From NCBI GenBank assembly GCA_016839515.1, contig JAEOUE010000302.1, forward strand, positions 1-41,970: a stretch of 41,970 bases of DNA, in the 5' to 3' direction. The notes beneath the pieces were generated by a model. It was not told the DNA's origin and ran no database searches. It was given only the letters and a program-made list of their open reading frames with translations. Positions 1 to 8,885 of the stretch are shown one piece after another. How positions within the stretch are numbered: the stretch's first letter is position 1; every line of letters starts with the position of its first letter. Both the position numbers and the translations under genes were made by a program. This stretch comes from Candidatus Hodarchaeum mangrovi. Lineage in GTDB: Archaea > Asgardarchaeota > Heimdallarchaeia > Hodarchaeales > Hodarchaeaceae.

Positions 1-246
1 AGCTTTTTCAATTTGACCATCCTTTAAACATAGAAATTTCATATTATAATAGTCATTTGGCAAAAAAGGTAGCTAAACGGTGGAAGATGACATTAAAAGA
101 TGATCATCAAACTCTTGTATTTGTAGTACCAGACACACACGCTTTTATATATCAAGTAATCGAAATAATGTTTTTAACACCAAAAATGAAATTTTTACTA
201 CCTTTTACTCCCTTATTACGACCGATATACCGATTTTTAGCTTTAT

Positions 247-266
247 AAAAAAGAAAAAGAGAGGGA
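247..266 (-). terminator. Pyrimidine (C then oligo-T) terminator of the 760 aa gene
   Basis: Minus strand reads TCCCTCTCTTTTTCTTTTTT just after the stop. Confidence 0.55.
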
Positions 267-276
267 ATTAAGATCC

Positions 277-2559
277 TCAACTGAATATATCTACTAAATC
301 TATGGAATCCATATATTCAAAAAAATCTTGGATTAAACTTGCATATCCACCTGCTTCTACAAGGTTCGCAGCTGCCTTTAATGCTGCAATACTAATATAG
401 ATACCATGTGCAAGTCCAGCTATTGATTTTGGATTCGCATTTGGCTCTGGATCTGCTGGAGGAGAAGGGTAATAAAGGTTTCTTTGCCATTTTGTTTTCA
501 CTGTATTAGAAATAAATTCTGCTGAACCTACAGCTGACCAAGCATTGGACGCGTTTGCTTTAGAAAAGGCCATCATCTCTTCTGATTGATTAACTCGTAT
601 ATCTGAAGCGAAATAAGTAAAAAATAAGTCATATTCGTGAGTTTCGTTGTCTGCTGTTATATTTGCATTGAATCGTGCTTCAGTGTATGATTGGTTAAAT
701 AATGCAAATCCTGTAGTAAAAGATTCTACTGAATATACCGTTTCAGCAAGAGCTGTTATCAAGTATCCTATCGCTGTTATGTTACCACTAAACTGGCTTA
801 ACATTGATGTAAAATCTTCAAGCATAGAACTAAGGGAACCATCTGCCATGGCACCATAATTCTTTTCTGATAAGGTAGCACTAAGAGAAGTCGCCTGTTC
901 AATATTATCCCCAGCTGCTTGATAACTTGAATCTGCTATCGATACATTTGTTGATAATGGACCAAAATCATATGTAAGAATTTCGCTTGAACTGAAATTC
1001 AGTTCATTAATCTCAACTAAGACATCTTTGATATATGTATATGCTTGTGTACTATTTGCAGCAGCTAATGTAAACCAAGTAAGAAGTTTAGTCATATCTT
1101 TAATGATTTCTACAATACCCCAGAAAGGAATTGGTGAATCAGGATTTAATCCAGAAGTGTCAATTGCATTCATTGTTGTGTTTGCTAGGCCAAGATCTCC
1201 AGCTGCTCCATCCATCCATGTATGAGCGCTTTTAAAATCACTATCACCAAGGTCTCCTATGGCCAAGGTAGTTTTATAGGTTGCATTCAAGAAATAAATA
1301 GCACCATTTGCAACTTCAAGAATGACACCATATCCAACCCCTAATTCATCTAATATTTCTCCGATCATACTGAGAGTTCCGGCATCTTCAGTAACAACCT
1401 GATTAAATATGCTTCTTGCAGTATCTAATGCACTTAATACTCCAGCTTGTGAGAGATTGAAATAATTGATAGCAGTTGAAAGATTACCTAAACCTAGTTG
1501 GTATTCGGGATTATAAGTAGAGGTTAAAGAACCACCTGTTCCCCCACCAATATCAGAATCTCCTAAAATAGAAAAGGTCTTATTAAAGCCATTAACAAAA
1601 GCGTTGAATCCTAGCAACAGATAAGGTAATTCCTTTGAAATATCAGCAAGAATTTCTGAAATATCTAGGATTAAAGGGAGTTGTTGCATGTTTAAACCAC
1701 CATAAGTGGTTCCTTCAGGGAAGAGTGCATCAATAAGCAGTGAAGCAAGGAAATTTCCTTGAACTTGATCGAAAGCTAAAGCAGATCTTTTGAATAGTTC
1801 TTGAGCTTTCTCAGCAGCAGCTGTCAAACTCGCTAACACCATTGGGTCATTTAAATCTATATCTACAGTTTGAGCACCTGAACCACCTCCAAGCATACCA
1901 AAAGCGCTCAGGAATTCTGCTGCTCCTGCAACCATAGATATTCCACCATCTGTAAAATTGGCAACTCCGTGATAGACGAAGGGAATAGTTATCAATATGA
2001 TAATAACCAAAATTGCCGCAATGGGTTTCATGATAACAGAAAATATTGATAATTTTCCTTCTTTTTTAGTCCAAAATCCTGTAGCTATTGCTGCGAAAAG
2101 AAATCCTAATGTAAAGGCTAAGATCTCAACAAAGAGCAGATCTACAATAGGTGCGGCTTGAATCATTAAATCAACTAATTCTTGAGTTTCAGGAGTGATT
2201 CCAAGTGAGGAATTTTCAAGAAGCACAGTAACTGGTTCTGAGAGGGCCGTGAATAGCCCAAATGGATTTGGAATAGCGCCACCAGTAATCGTGGTTAATA
2301 AAAATAGCCCTAGCCAAGAAATAGGAGCTGTAATTATCGTCAATAATCCCATAAGTTTTGATCGGGTGAGAATACCAGTCAGACAAAATGCAATGATTAC
2401 TAATAGTAGTTCAACCTGCATTAGTAATGGATTGGTTTTCGCTCCTAGTATTCCAAAGACTATGGCAATAATAATAGGAAAAATTATGGCTGCTAAAGCT
2501 GCTTGCCAAAGAGGTAATCCTTTTATTGTTCGTACGTCATCTGATTCAGTTTCATACAT
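277..2559 (-). CDS. Large hypothetical membrane-anchored surface protein (about 5-6 N-terminal TM helices plus an extracellular helical repeat region)
   Basis: 760 aa ORF; hydrophobic segments in residues ~15-200; the remainder is Ala/Asn/Ser/Leu-rich amphipathic helices with many N-x-S/T sequons; pyrimidine terminator follows. Confidence 0.8.
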   Translation of the reverse strand: MYETESDDVRTIKGLPLWQAALAAIIFPIIIAIVFGILGAKTNPLLMQVELLLVIIAFCLTGILTRSKLMGLLTIITAPISWLGLFLLTTITGGAIPNPFGLFTALSEPVTVLLENSSLGITPETQELVDLMIQAAPIVDLLFVEILAFTLGFLFAAIATGFWTKKEGKLSIFSVIMKPIAAILVIIILITIPFVYHGVANFTDGGISMVAGAAEFLSAFGMLGGGSGAQTVDIDLNDPMVLASLTAAAEKAQELFKRSALAFDQVQGNFLASLLIDALFPEGTTYGGLNMQQLPLILDISEILADISKELPYLLLGFNAFVNGFNKTFSILGDSDIGGGTGGSLTSTYNPEYQLGLGNLSTAINYFNLSQAGVLSALDTARSIFNQVVTEDAGTLSMIGEILDELGVGYGVILEVANGAIYFLNATYKTTLAIGDLGDSDFKSAHTWMDGAAGDLGLANTTMNAIDTSGLNPDSPIPFWGIVEIIKDMTKLLTWFTLAAANSTQAYTYIKDVLVEINELNFSSSEILTYDFGPLSTNVSIADSSYQAAGDNIEQATSLSATLSEKNYGAMADGSLSSMLEDFTSMLSQFSGNITAIGYLITALAETVYSVESFTTGFALFNQSYTEARFNANITADNETHEYDLFFTYFASDIRVNQSEEMMAFSKANASNAWSAVGSAEFISNTVKTKWQRNLYYPSPPADPEPNANPKSIAGLAHGIYISIAALKAAANLVEAGGYASLIQDFFEYMDSIDLVDIFS

Positions 2560-2652
2560 AGTTATTCACTTAAATAAAAGAGGATTTCTACTAGATTTTT
2601 TATATTGCTCTTTCTTAAAAGTAACTCAATAGAAAAATAATGCTATATTGTA

Positions 2653-4626
2653 TTAATTTTGCAATTTACTTTGGAAATCTTCCCAAGAGTTAACTTCTAT
2701 CCCTAATTCCAATGCTTTATCTAGTTTTTTCTTACCTGCTTTTTCACCAGTCACTAATAAATCCAAATTTTTTGATATAGAAGATGACCATTCATACCCT
2801 AGTGATTCAACATATTTTTGGACTTCATCTTTGGTCATTCCCTCTATTTTTCCGGTGATATAGATTTTTTTTCCTTTACCAACTAATTTTTGGGAGTTAG
2901 ATGATTCTTTGAATTCCTCAGGTCGTAAAAAGGCAGTTAATGGTGTTCCTTGAACTGAAGTATGTTTTTTCCTTTTATAATCTTTTCTATATAGAATTCT
3001 TATACCTTTTTCAATTAATTCGTCACCGAGATTTGGACTTTGAACTCCTTTTAGGATATTTGTTGCTGTTATTTCAGAGATACCTTCAAATTGAATTAAT
3101 TGCTGAATGGTCGTCTTTTTTAATTCCTCAAATGAGGAATATTTTGAAGCAAGAACCTTTCCCATTTTTTTGCCTAAAGATTCAATTCCAAGTCCTGCAA
3201 GAAAAATTGCAAATGGAAGTTCCCGAGTTGACTTGATACTTTGATAGATTTTTTCCCCATTCTTTCCTAAATGAGTAATTAATTTCGATTTTGTGAGTTT
3301 GGGATCATACAAATCAGAAAAATGCTTTATTAAACCTTCATCATACAATTTAGTGATATTTTTTGGTCCTAATCCTATTATTTCAGTAGTCTTTACCCAA
3401 TGTCGGATTTGTTGAATTTCTTTTTCACGACAAGTTACTCCAGTGCATACTAGATTTACTCCCTCTCTTCTAAGATTCGATTTGCAAGAAGGACATTGAT
3501 TTGGTAATTTGATATTATTTGTTCCTTTTTCAATTATATCGGTTATCTTTGGGATAACGTCTCCTGATCTTATTACCATAATAGTATCCCCAGGAGCTGC
3601 GTTCAGATTTTCAAGAAATTCAGCATTATGAAAAGTTGCACGACGGATTTCCGCTCCCATTATTTTAACAGGTTCAATTTCCGCTACAGGGGTTAAAACA
3701 CCAGTTCTACCTACCTGCCAAGTGATTTTCTTAATAATTGACTTCTCTCCATCACTAGAAAATTTTAAGGCAATCATCCATTTAGGGTGATGTTCAGTAG
3801 AACCTGCTAGATCCCTACTCTTTGCTTCATTATATTTAAGAATTAATCCATCAATCTCAAAATCGAGTTTCGATCGCTTAGACTCTACATCTTTAAAAAT
3901 TTTAGAAATATTTTCAATAGTTGGTGATTCAATTGTTGTTAAATAGGCTGTTGAAAACCCCCATTCCTTCAGGATTTGATGCTTTGCTAGAAGATCAGAA
4001 TTCTCTCTATAACCTATTAATTCGAAGGCACGGAATTTAAGTTTCCTCTTTTCTAGTAATTTTAAATCTTTTTGCTTTAAAGTTCCAACTGCAAGGTTTC
4101 TTGGACTATTATAATCCGTTGGTTCTTCCTTATTTATTCGATTAAACTCGGAGATAGGCATAAATAATTCCCCCCTTATATTAATTCTCTCTTTAATTGG
4201 AATTTCTTTTGGAATTGATTTTATTTTCATAACTTGAATCGTAGAATCATCACCAGCTAGACCATTACCACGAGTTGCTGCTTGGAGGAATCTTCCATTT
4301 AAATAAGTTAATGATAATGAAAGTCCGTCAATTTTATAATCAATTGATATTGAATTTCCATTGCTCCATCGAAGAATGTCATCAATGTTATTAGCTTTTT
4401 GGCATGAAAGCATCGGAGTATCATGAGTTACTTTTCCTCCTTCTGGCGTACCTACGATGAAAAGAACAGGGTTGTTTGGGTCCAATTCTCTAAGCTTGTT
4501 TTCAAGGGCATCATAGGCTTCATCAGAGATTTCAGGCTCACCATAATAATATTTCTTTTTATGATAAAGAATTTGTTCTGTAAGCTTCATAATCTCTCCT
4601 TTGATTTCTTCTTGACTCATATCCAT
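2653..4626 (-). CDS. ligA: NAD-dependent DNA ligase (probable start ATG 4620)
   Basis: YYYGEPEISDEAYD domain Ia, KIDG adenylation motif, ATRGNG, EIDG, VGRTG, RSGDVIP, Cys4 zinc finger (CPSC...C...C), HhH repeats, C-terminal BRCT (ITGK...GKKKLDKA). Confidence 0.97.
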   Translation of the reverse strand: MDMSQEEIKGEIMKLTEQILYHKKKYYYGEPEISDEAYDALENKLRELDPNNPVLFIVGTPEGGKVTHDTPMLSCQKANNIDDILRWSNGNSISIDYKIDGLSLSLTYLNGRFLQAATRGNGLAGDDSTIQVMKIKSIPKEIPIKERINIRGELFMPISEFNRINKEEPTDYNSPRNLAVGTLKQKDLKLLEKRKLKFRAFELIGYRENSDLLAKHQILKEWGFSTAYLTTIESPTIENISKIFKDVESKRSKLDFEIDGLILKYNEAKSRDLAGSTEHHPKWMIALKFSSDGEKSIIKKITWQVGRTGVLTPVAEIEPVKIMGAEIRRATFHNAEFLENLNAAPGDTIMVIRSGDVIPKITDIIEKGTNNIKLPNQCPSCKSNLRREGVNLVCTGVTCREKEIQQIRHWVKTTEIIGLGPKNITKLYDEGLIKHFSDLYDPKLTKSKLITHLGKNGEKIYQSIKSTRELPFAIFLAGLGIESLGKKMGKVLASKYSSFEELKKTTIQQLIQFEGISEITATNILKGVQSPNLGDELIEKGIRILYRKDYKRKKHTSVQGTPLTAFLRPEEFKESSNSQKLVGKGKKIYITGKIEGMTKDEVQKYVESLGYEWSSSISKNLDLLVTGEKAGKKKLDKALELGIEVNSWEDFQSKLQN

Positions 4627-4726
4627 CCTGATTGGAACCTTTAATATTTTGTTTTATAGCTTAGTAAGATAATTTAAAAATAAATAGACTGGAAGATACA
4701 AAAATAAAAAATGTTGGGCTCGACAA

Positions 4727-5566
4727 ATGGAAATTGATTTGTTACTGAAAATAGGTGGTTCTACCATCTCGGACAAGACACTTCTTTATAATGCATTAAA
4801 AAGTAATGACCAAGAAGATATCGAGAATGCACTTAATATCGATCTTTCAGCGATTAATCAAGTCGTTGAAGAGATAAAAAATGGATATACCCATGCAAAA
4901 AGGATGATTATTATTACAGGAGTTGGATCTCCAGGGCATTTTACTGTTCTTAAGCATCAATTACATAAAGGCAATAATGGTTCAATAGAACAGCATTTAG
5001 GGTTAGTTAAGGCTCAAATCGAAGTAAATAAAATACGACAACTTTTATTAGAAGTTTTTTTAGAAAATAGTCTTCCTGTAGTACAATTTTATGCTTCTAG
5101 TATGTATATATCTGATAAAATGCGAATTCAAGTTTCTTATATTGATAATATTACAAATTTTCTAAATTTAGGAATGATTCCAGTAATTTCAGGGGATATG
5201 GTGCCTGATTATAGTATGGGGTATAGTGTTTTGTCAGGGGATCAAATAATTGCTGATTTAGCATATAGACTCAAACCTAGAAGAATAGTTTTTGGATCTG
5301 ATATTGATGGATTATATGATCGTGATCCCAAGATTGATACAAAAGCTCATTTTTTTAATGATTTGAATTTAGAACAAATAAATAGCCTAATTAATAAATT
5401 AAGTGAAGGTGACGCTTCAGGACAGATGAAAGGGAAACTAATCGAAATTAAAAATCTTCTTCATTCTGGAGTACCAGAGGTCATTTTATTGAATTTAAAG
5501 CGGAAAGGAGTCTTAACTGCCCTTTTAAATGGCCAAAAGGAGAAATATACTCGTTTTCATTCATAA
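4727..5566 (+). CDS. Isopentenyl phosphate kinase (amino-acid kinase family)
   Basis: LKIGGSTISDK, GVGSPGH (cf. GxGSFGH), PVISGDMVPD...VLSGDQI, SDIDGLYDRDPK, DASGQMKGK. Confidence 0.8.
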   Translation: MEIDLLLKIGGSTISDKTLLYNALKSNDQEDIENALNIDLSAINQVVEEIKNGYTHAKRMIIITGVGSPGHFTVLKHQLHKGNNGSIEQHLGLVKAQIEVNKIRQLLLEVFLENSLPVVQFYASSMYISDKMRIQVSYIDNITNFLNLGMIPVISGDMVPDYSMGYSVLSGDQIIADLAYRLKPRRIVFGSDIDGLYDRDPKIDTKAHFFNDLNLEQINSLINKLSEGDASGQMKGKLIEIKNLLHSGVPEVILLNLKRKGVLTALLNGQKEKYTRFHS

Positions 5567-5589
5567 AAAATTAAATATTATTAGTATTC

Positions 5590-6117
5590 TTATTTTTGAA
5601 GGTTTAGTATCTCTAAAATTGTTTTTATATCAGATTGTTTCGAAAAAGATAAAATTGGAAGGTTGTCTAAGCTATTTAAGGTCGAATCAGCTATTTTCCC
5701 TGTTATGAAGAGAGGTTTTTGATTGAAATATCTTATTTTTGTACTCAAATAATCATCCTTATCAAAACAGGAATAAATTAAGGGGATTTTCTCACTTTCA
5801 TCTGCTGGATAGCTTTCACACAGTAAAATTTCTAGATCAGAAGGTAGAAATTCTTTTAATATTTTCAAATTCGTTCTAGATTTTTGTGGTTTATAAATAA
5901 CAGTTTCAAAAGGGGAAGCTGAAATAATTATCTTTGCATTTGTCACCTTGAATATTTTTGAGTCTTTTTTATCTAAATCAAAATCATATCTATGATGCAT
6001 GAATTTTATAATAGCAAATTTGAGATTATATTGAGTTAGAATATTAGATAACTCTATTATAGCTGTGGTTTTTCCTGAATTTCTACTTCCAACGATACCA
6101 AGAGTTCTAAGATCCAA
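5590..6117 (-). CDS. mobB: Molybdopterin-guanine dinucleotide biosynthesis protein B
   Basis: GIVGSRNSGKTT P-loop, IIKxxHH.FD..KDS signature; TTG start with GGAGG upstream. Confidence 0.85.
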   Translation of the reverse strand: MDLRTLGIVGSRNSGKTTAIIELSNILTQYNLKFAIIKFMHHRYDFDLDKKDSKIFKVTNAKIIISASPFETVIYKPQKSRTNLKILKEFLPSDLEILLCESYPADESEKIPLIYSCFDKDDYLSTKIRYFNQKPLFITGKIADSTLNSLDNLPILSFSKQSDIKTILEILNLQK

Positions 6118-6159
6118 TTTTCAAATTTCCTCCCTATATTAAGGAAAATCCTTCTTTAA

Positions 6160-6528
6160 TTATATTAGATATAGTATAAAATAGATTAAAACTCCACCAA
6201 ACACAATTAATCCGCCTATTGTACCTCCAAGAACCCCAAGGATTGCAGCAATAACCATCCATGTTGCCGTTTTCTTTTCATGTGGTTTTTGTTGAACTGA
6301 AACAACTAGAATTCCAATACCTGCTATAATTGAAACCATACTAAAAAAAATCATAAATTCGACAGACAGGCTTATATAATTTAGTAAAAAATAAGTTTCA
6401 GGTGCGGTTTGCTTAAGTAACCCAATTACACCGTATAAGATCATAAATAATCCACCAAGAGCAACAAGTACTACACTGATTAATGATCCATATCGATGCC
6501 ATTTTGATTTATATCTTCGTTTCGTCAA
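6160..6528 (-). CDS. Small hypothetical membrane protein (3-4 TM)
   Basis: 122 aa; basic N-terminus, hydrophobic helices, Gly-rich LGVLGGTIGGLIVFGG. Confidence 0.7.
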   Translation of the reverse strand: MTKRRYKSKWHRYGSLISVVLVALGGLFMILYGVIGLLKQTAPETYFLLNYISLSVEFMIFFSMVSIIAGIGILVVSVQQKPHEKKTATWMVIAAILGVLGGTIGGLIVFGGVLIYFILYLI

Positions 6529-6720
6529 TTTATAATCTTCCTAGGGTTTTTTCCTTTTTTTGATTTGCTTGAGTGCAAGTCTTGATAATATGATTGTGTT
6601 TCTAAATTATTTTATACTGGTTTTTGAAGATACTTACAGTTATTCAAGATAGATGGATTTATTACTTCTCTTTATTCTCTACGTATAAAAAATAAATAAC
6701 TGAATCCTGAGAGACCTACC

Positions 6721-7173
6721 TTGGAATCGAACAAAAGAATCCCTTGGGAACAATATTTTATGAAAATTGCCTTACAAGTGGCGAGTAGAAGCACTTGCAA
6801 TCGTAAACACATTGGTGCCGTTATTGTAAGAGATAAAACAATTCTTTCAACAGGTTATAATGGTTCAATACGAGGTTTGGCTCATTGTGATGAAATTGGT
6901 CATTTGATGGAAAATGATCATTGTGTACGAACTGTACATGCTGAATCTAACGCAATAGCACAAGCAGCAAAGAATGGGGTTACAATCAATAAAGCTGAAA
7001 TTTACATTACAGCTTCCCCCTGTTGGACTTGTTTTAAATTGTTAGCAAATTCTGGTATTATTAGAGTAATTTATGGTGAGTTTTATAGGGATAATAGGAT
7101 TTTTGAAGCTGCTCAAGAAGCAGGAATCGAATTGAAATTCCTTCCACTTCATTCTTCAGAGGTAAACATGTAA
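6721..7173 (+). CDS. dCMP deaminase family (ComEB-like) zinc-dependent deaminase
   Basis: RSTC, STGYNG, HAESNA and SPCWTC zinc-binding motifs. Confidence 0.93.
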   Translation: MESNKRIPWEQYFMKIALQVASRSTCNRKHIGAVIVRDKTILSTGYNGSIRGLAHCDEIGHLMENDHCVRTVHAESNAIAQAAKNGVTINKAEIYITASPCWTCFKLLANSGIIRVIYGEFYRDNRIFEAAQEAGIELKFLPLHSSEVNM

Positions 7174-7216
7174 AAAAAAGAGAAGAAGGTTGCTTAATAT
7201 CCCATCCTCCGAAGTA

Positions 7217-7582
7217 TTAAACATTATACCTTTGAAAGTACTGATTGCGTGTATTTTTAATTCTTCGTCTATTCTTACGGATTTTTTTTACTATAGATCT
7301 TTTTTTGTTCTGTTTTCCTTTCAGATTATCCTTCAAAGATAAAGATTTATTAGTAGATGATCTTGATTTAATAATTATCGGTTTTGTTTGATGAGTTTCC
7401 TTCTTCTCGATTTTAGGCTGGTTAAACGAGGATTCTGGCTTCCTATTAGAAACAATTTTATGCTTCTTCATTGCCACGATTTTTCTCGTCTTTTCTTCTT
7501 CTTCAGCAAAGTATTGGGTCGCAATGTCTACTTCTGTGCGCCCTCGGTTTTTCTTTTTTGAATAGGCGGTCAAAGTAATCAC
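7217..7582 (-). CDS. Hypothetical highly basic (Lys/Arg-rich) protein (probable start TTG 7573)
   Basis: AGGTGA Shine-Dalgarno before TTG; followed on the minus strand by a weak hairpin and CTTCTTCTCTTTTTTT tract. Confidence 0.6.
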   Translation of the reverse strand: MITLTAYSKKKNRGRTEVDIATQYFAEEEEKTRKIVAMKKHKIVSNRKPESSFNQPKIEKKETHQTKPIIIKSRSSTNKSLSLKDNLKGKQNKKRSIVKKIRKNRRRIKNTRNQYFQRYNV

Positions 7583-7593
7583 CTGAAGTCAAT

Positions 7594-7924
7594 TTCACTC
7601 TTCTTCATTTTAAGACGAGTGAATAGTAATCGTTGTTTGGTTCTCCCACATTCGAGGGAGCTAAATACGGTCTGATTTTTTCCAAATACTAGACTTGATC
7701 TTCAAATCATATTTAGATTTATCGATTTTGTCCTTAAGACATCATAGTATCCAGCGGAAGCTTGATGTCTATAATCTAATTGTTGTAACCTGATTTCTTA
7801 TGTTTAAACTATTACAGATACGAATTATAAGCCTATCTCCCATTTATTCTCTTTAGGATAAAAGCTATAATTCAAGACATTCGGTTAGGTGGAAGATATA
7901 AGATTCAATTTAGCGTTTGAATCT
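7594..7924. ncRNA. Candidate structured RNA or structured leader (unknown class)
   Basis: Five stem-loops in ~330 nt: 7594-7623, 7631-7669, 7737-7770, 7834-7898, 7901-7924; no ORF and no recognisable known RNA family motif. Confidence 0.3.
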
Positions 7925-8017
7925 CTAGGTATATTAATCCTCATCAGATTTTTAAGATTAACCTTTTATTCAGCTATAAGACTGATTTTTCTGATTTTTA
8001 AAAAAGTAATTTTTTGA

Positions 8018-8734
8018 TTGGGTTTATATATGAAAGAAAGCAAAGTAATTTTTTTTAATGGAGGTGGAACACTTTTTCAATTGAAAGGAACCAATCTTCC
8101 TTCATATTATTCACATCTTTTGTCTGAAATTACTGGCAAGGAAATTTCTCCTCAATTAGTTTTTCAGGCTTTTTCAAATGCTGAGCATTGGGCTTTATCT
8201 CGAACAAATTATTCTTTATTTAGTGATTTAGATCAGAGAAAGTATCAAAATATTTTTTATAATTCTCTTGGTTTTAAGAATAGAAAAACAATCAATTCTA
8301 TTGAAAAAAAACTTGCTGATATGTTACAATTTGATTATATTTTAGAAGAAGGGGCAATGGAAGTCCTTATGCATTTGAAAGGAAAATATAGGCTAGGTTT
8401 GATCTCAAACTGGGATGAATCACTTTTAGAGATCCTAGCTGAATTAAATATACTAGAATTCTTCGAATCTATAACCTATTCTGAAGATGTAGGTACAAAT
8501 AAACCATCTGAAGAGATATTCAGAATTGCTTTGTCGGATTTCTCAGGTATCAAAGCAAGAGAAACAGTATACATTGCTGATGACTATAAAACAGACATCA
8601 TACCAGCAATGATGCTAAATATGAATGTTATTTTCTTTGATAAGGGTCCGAGAGGAATGCATGGAAGACCTTTTCAGCCTGAGGTTCGTTGTCCTCGTAT
8701 TACACATCTGAAAGAAGTACTTAATTATTTCTAA
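8018..8734 (+). CDS. HAD-superfamily hydrolase (subfamily IA, REG-2/HDHD3-like) with Asn in place of the nucleophile Asp (probable start ATG 8030)
   Basis: FFNGGGTL (motif I), ISNWD (II), KP..EIF (III), ADDYKTD (IV). Confidence 0.85.
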   Translation: MGLYMKESKVIFFNGGGTLFQLKGTNLPSYYSHLLSEITGKEISPQLVFQAFSNAEHWALSRTNYSLFSDLDQRKYQNIFYNSLGFKNRKTINSIEKKLADMLQFDYILEEGAMEVLMHLKGKYRLGLISNWDESLLEILAELNILEFFESITYSEDVGTNKPSEEIFRIALSDFSGIKARETVYIADDYKTDIIPAMMLNMNVIFFDKGPRGMHGRPFQPEVRCPRITHLKEVLNYF

Positions 8735-8885
8735 TATCTAATGGTTATTATTGGAATGAATTTTCATTTTAATGATAATAGTTATGACTTTTATTCAATA
8801 TACTTCTTAATAGTACATGTTTTAGTATTGGATTATACTAATTAAAATTGCAATATATTCTAAATTAACATGCGAGAGAGATTAA

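Noticed and set aside
57-248. 63 aa plus-strand ORF (alternative ATG at 87)
   Set aside because: No recognisable motif; it lies between the end of the 760 aa gene and a possible minus-strand gene start at the window edge. It cannot be supported or excluded.
7940-7947. CTGATGAG on the minus strand, a hammerhead ribozyme core half
   Set aside because: No stem II followed by GAAA at a suitable distance.
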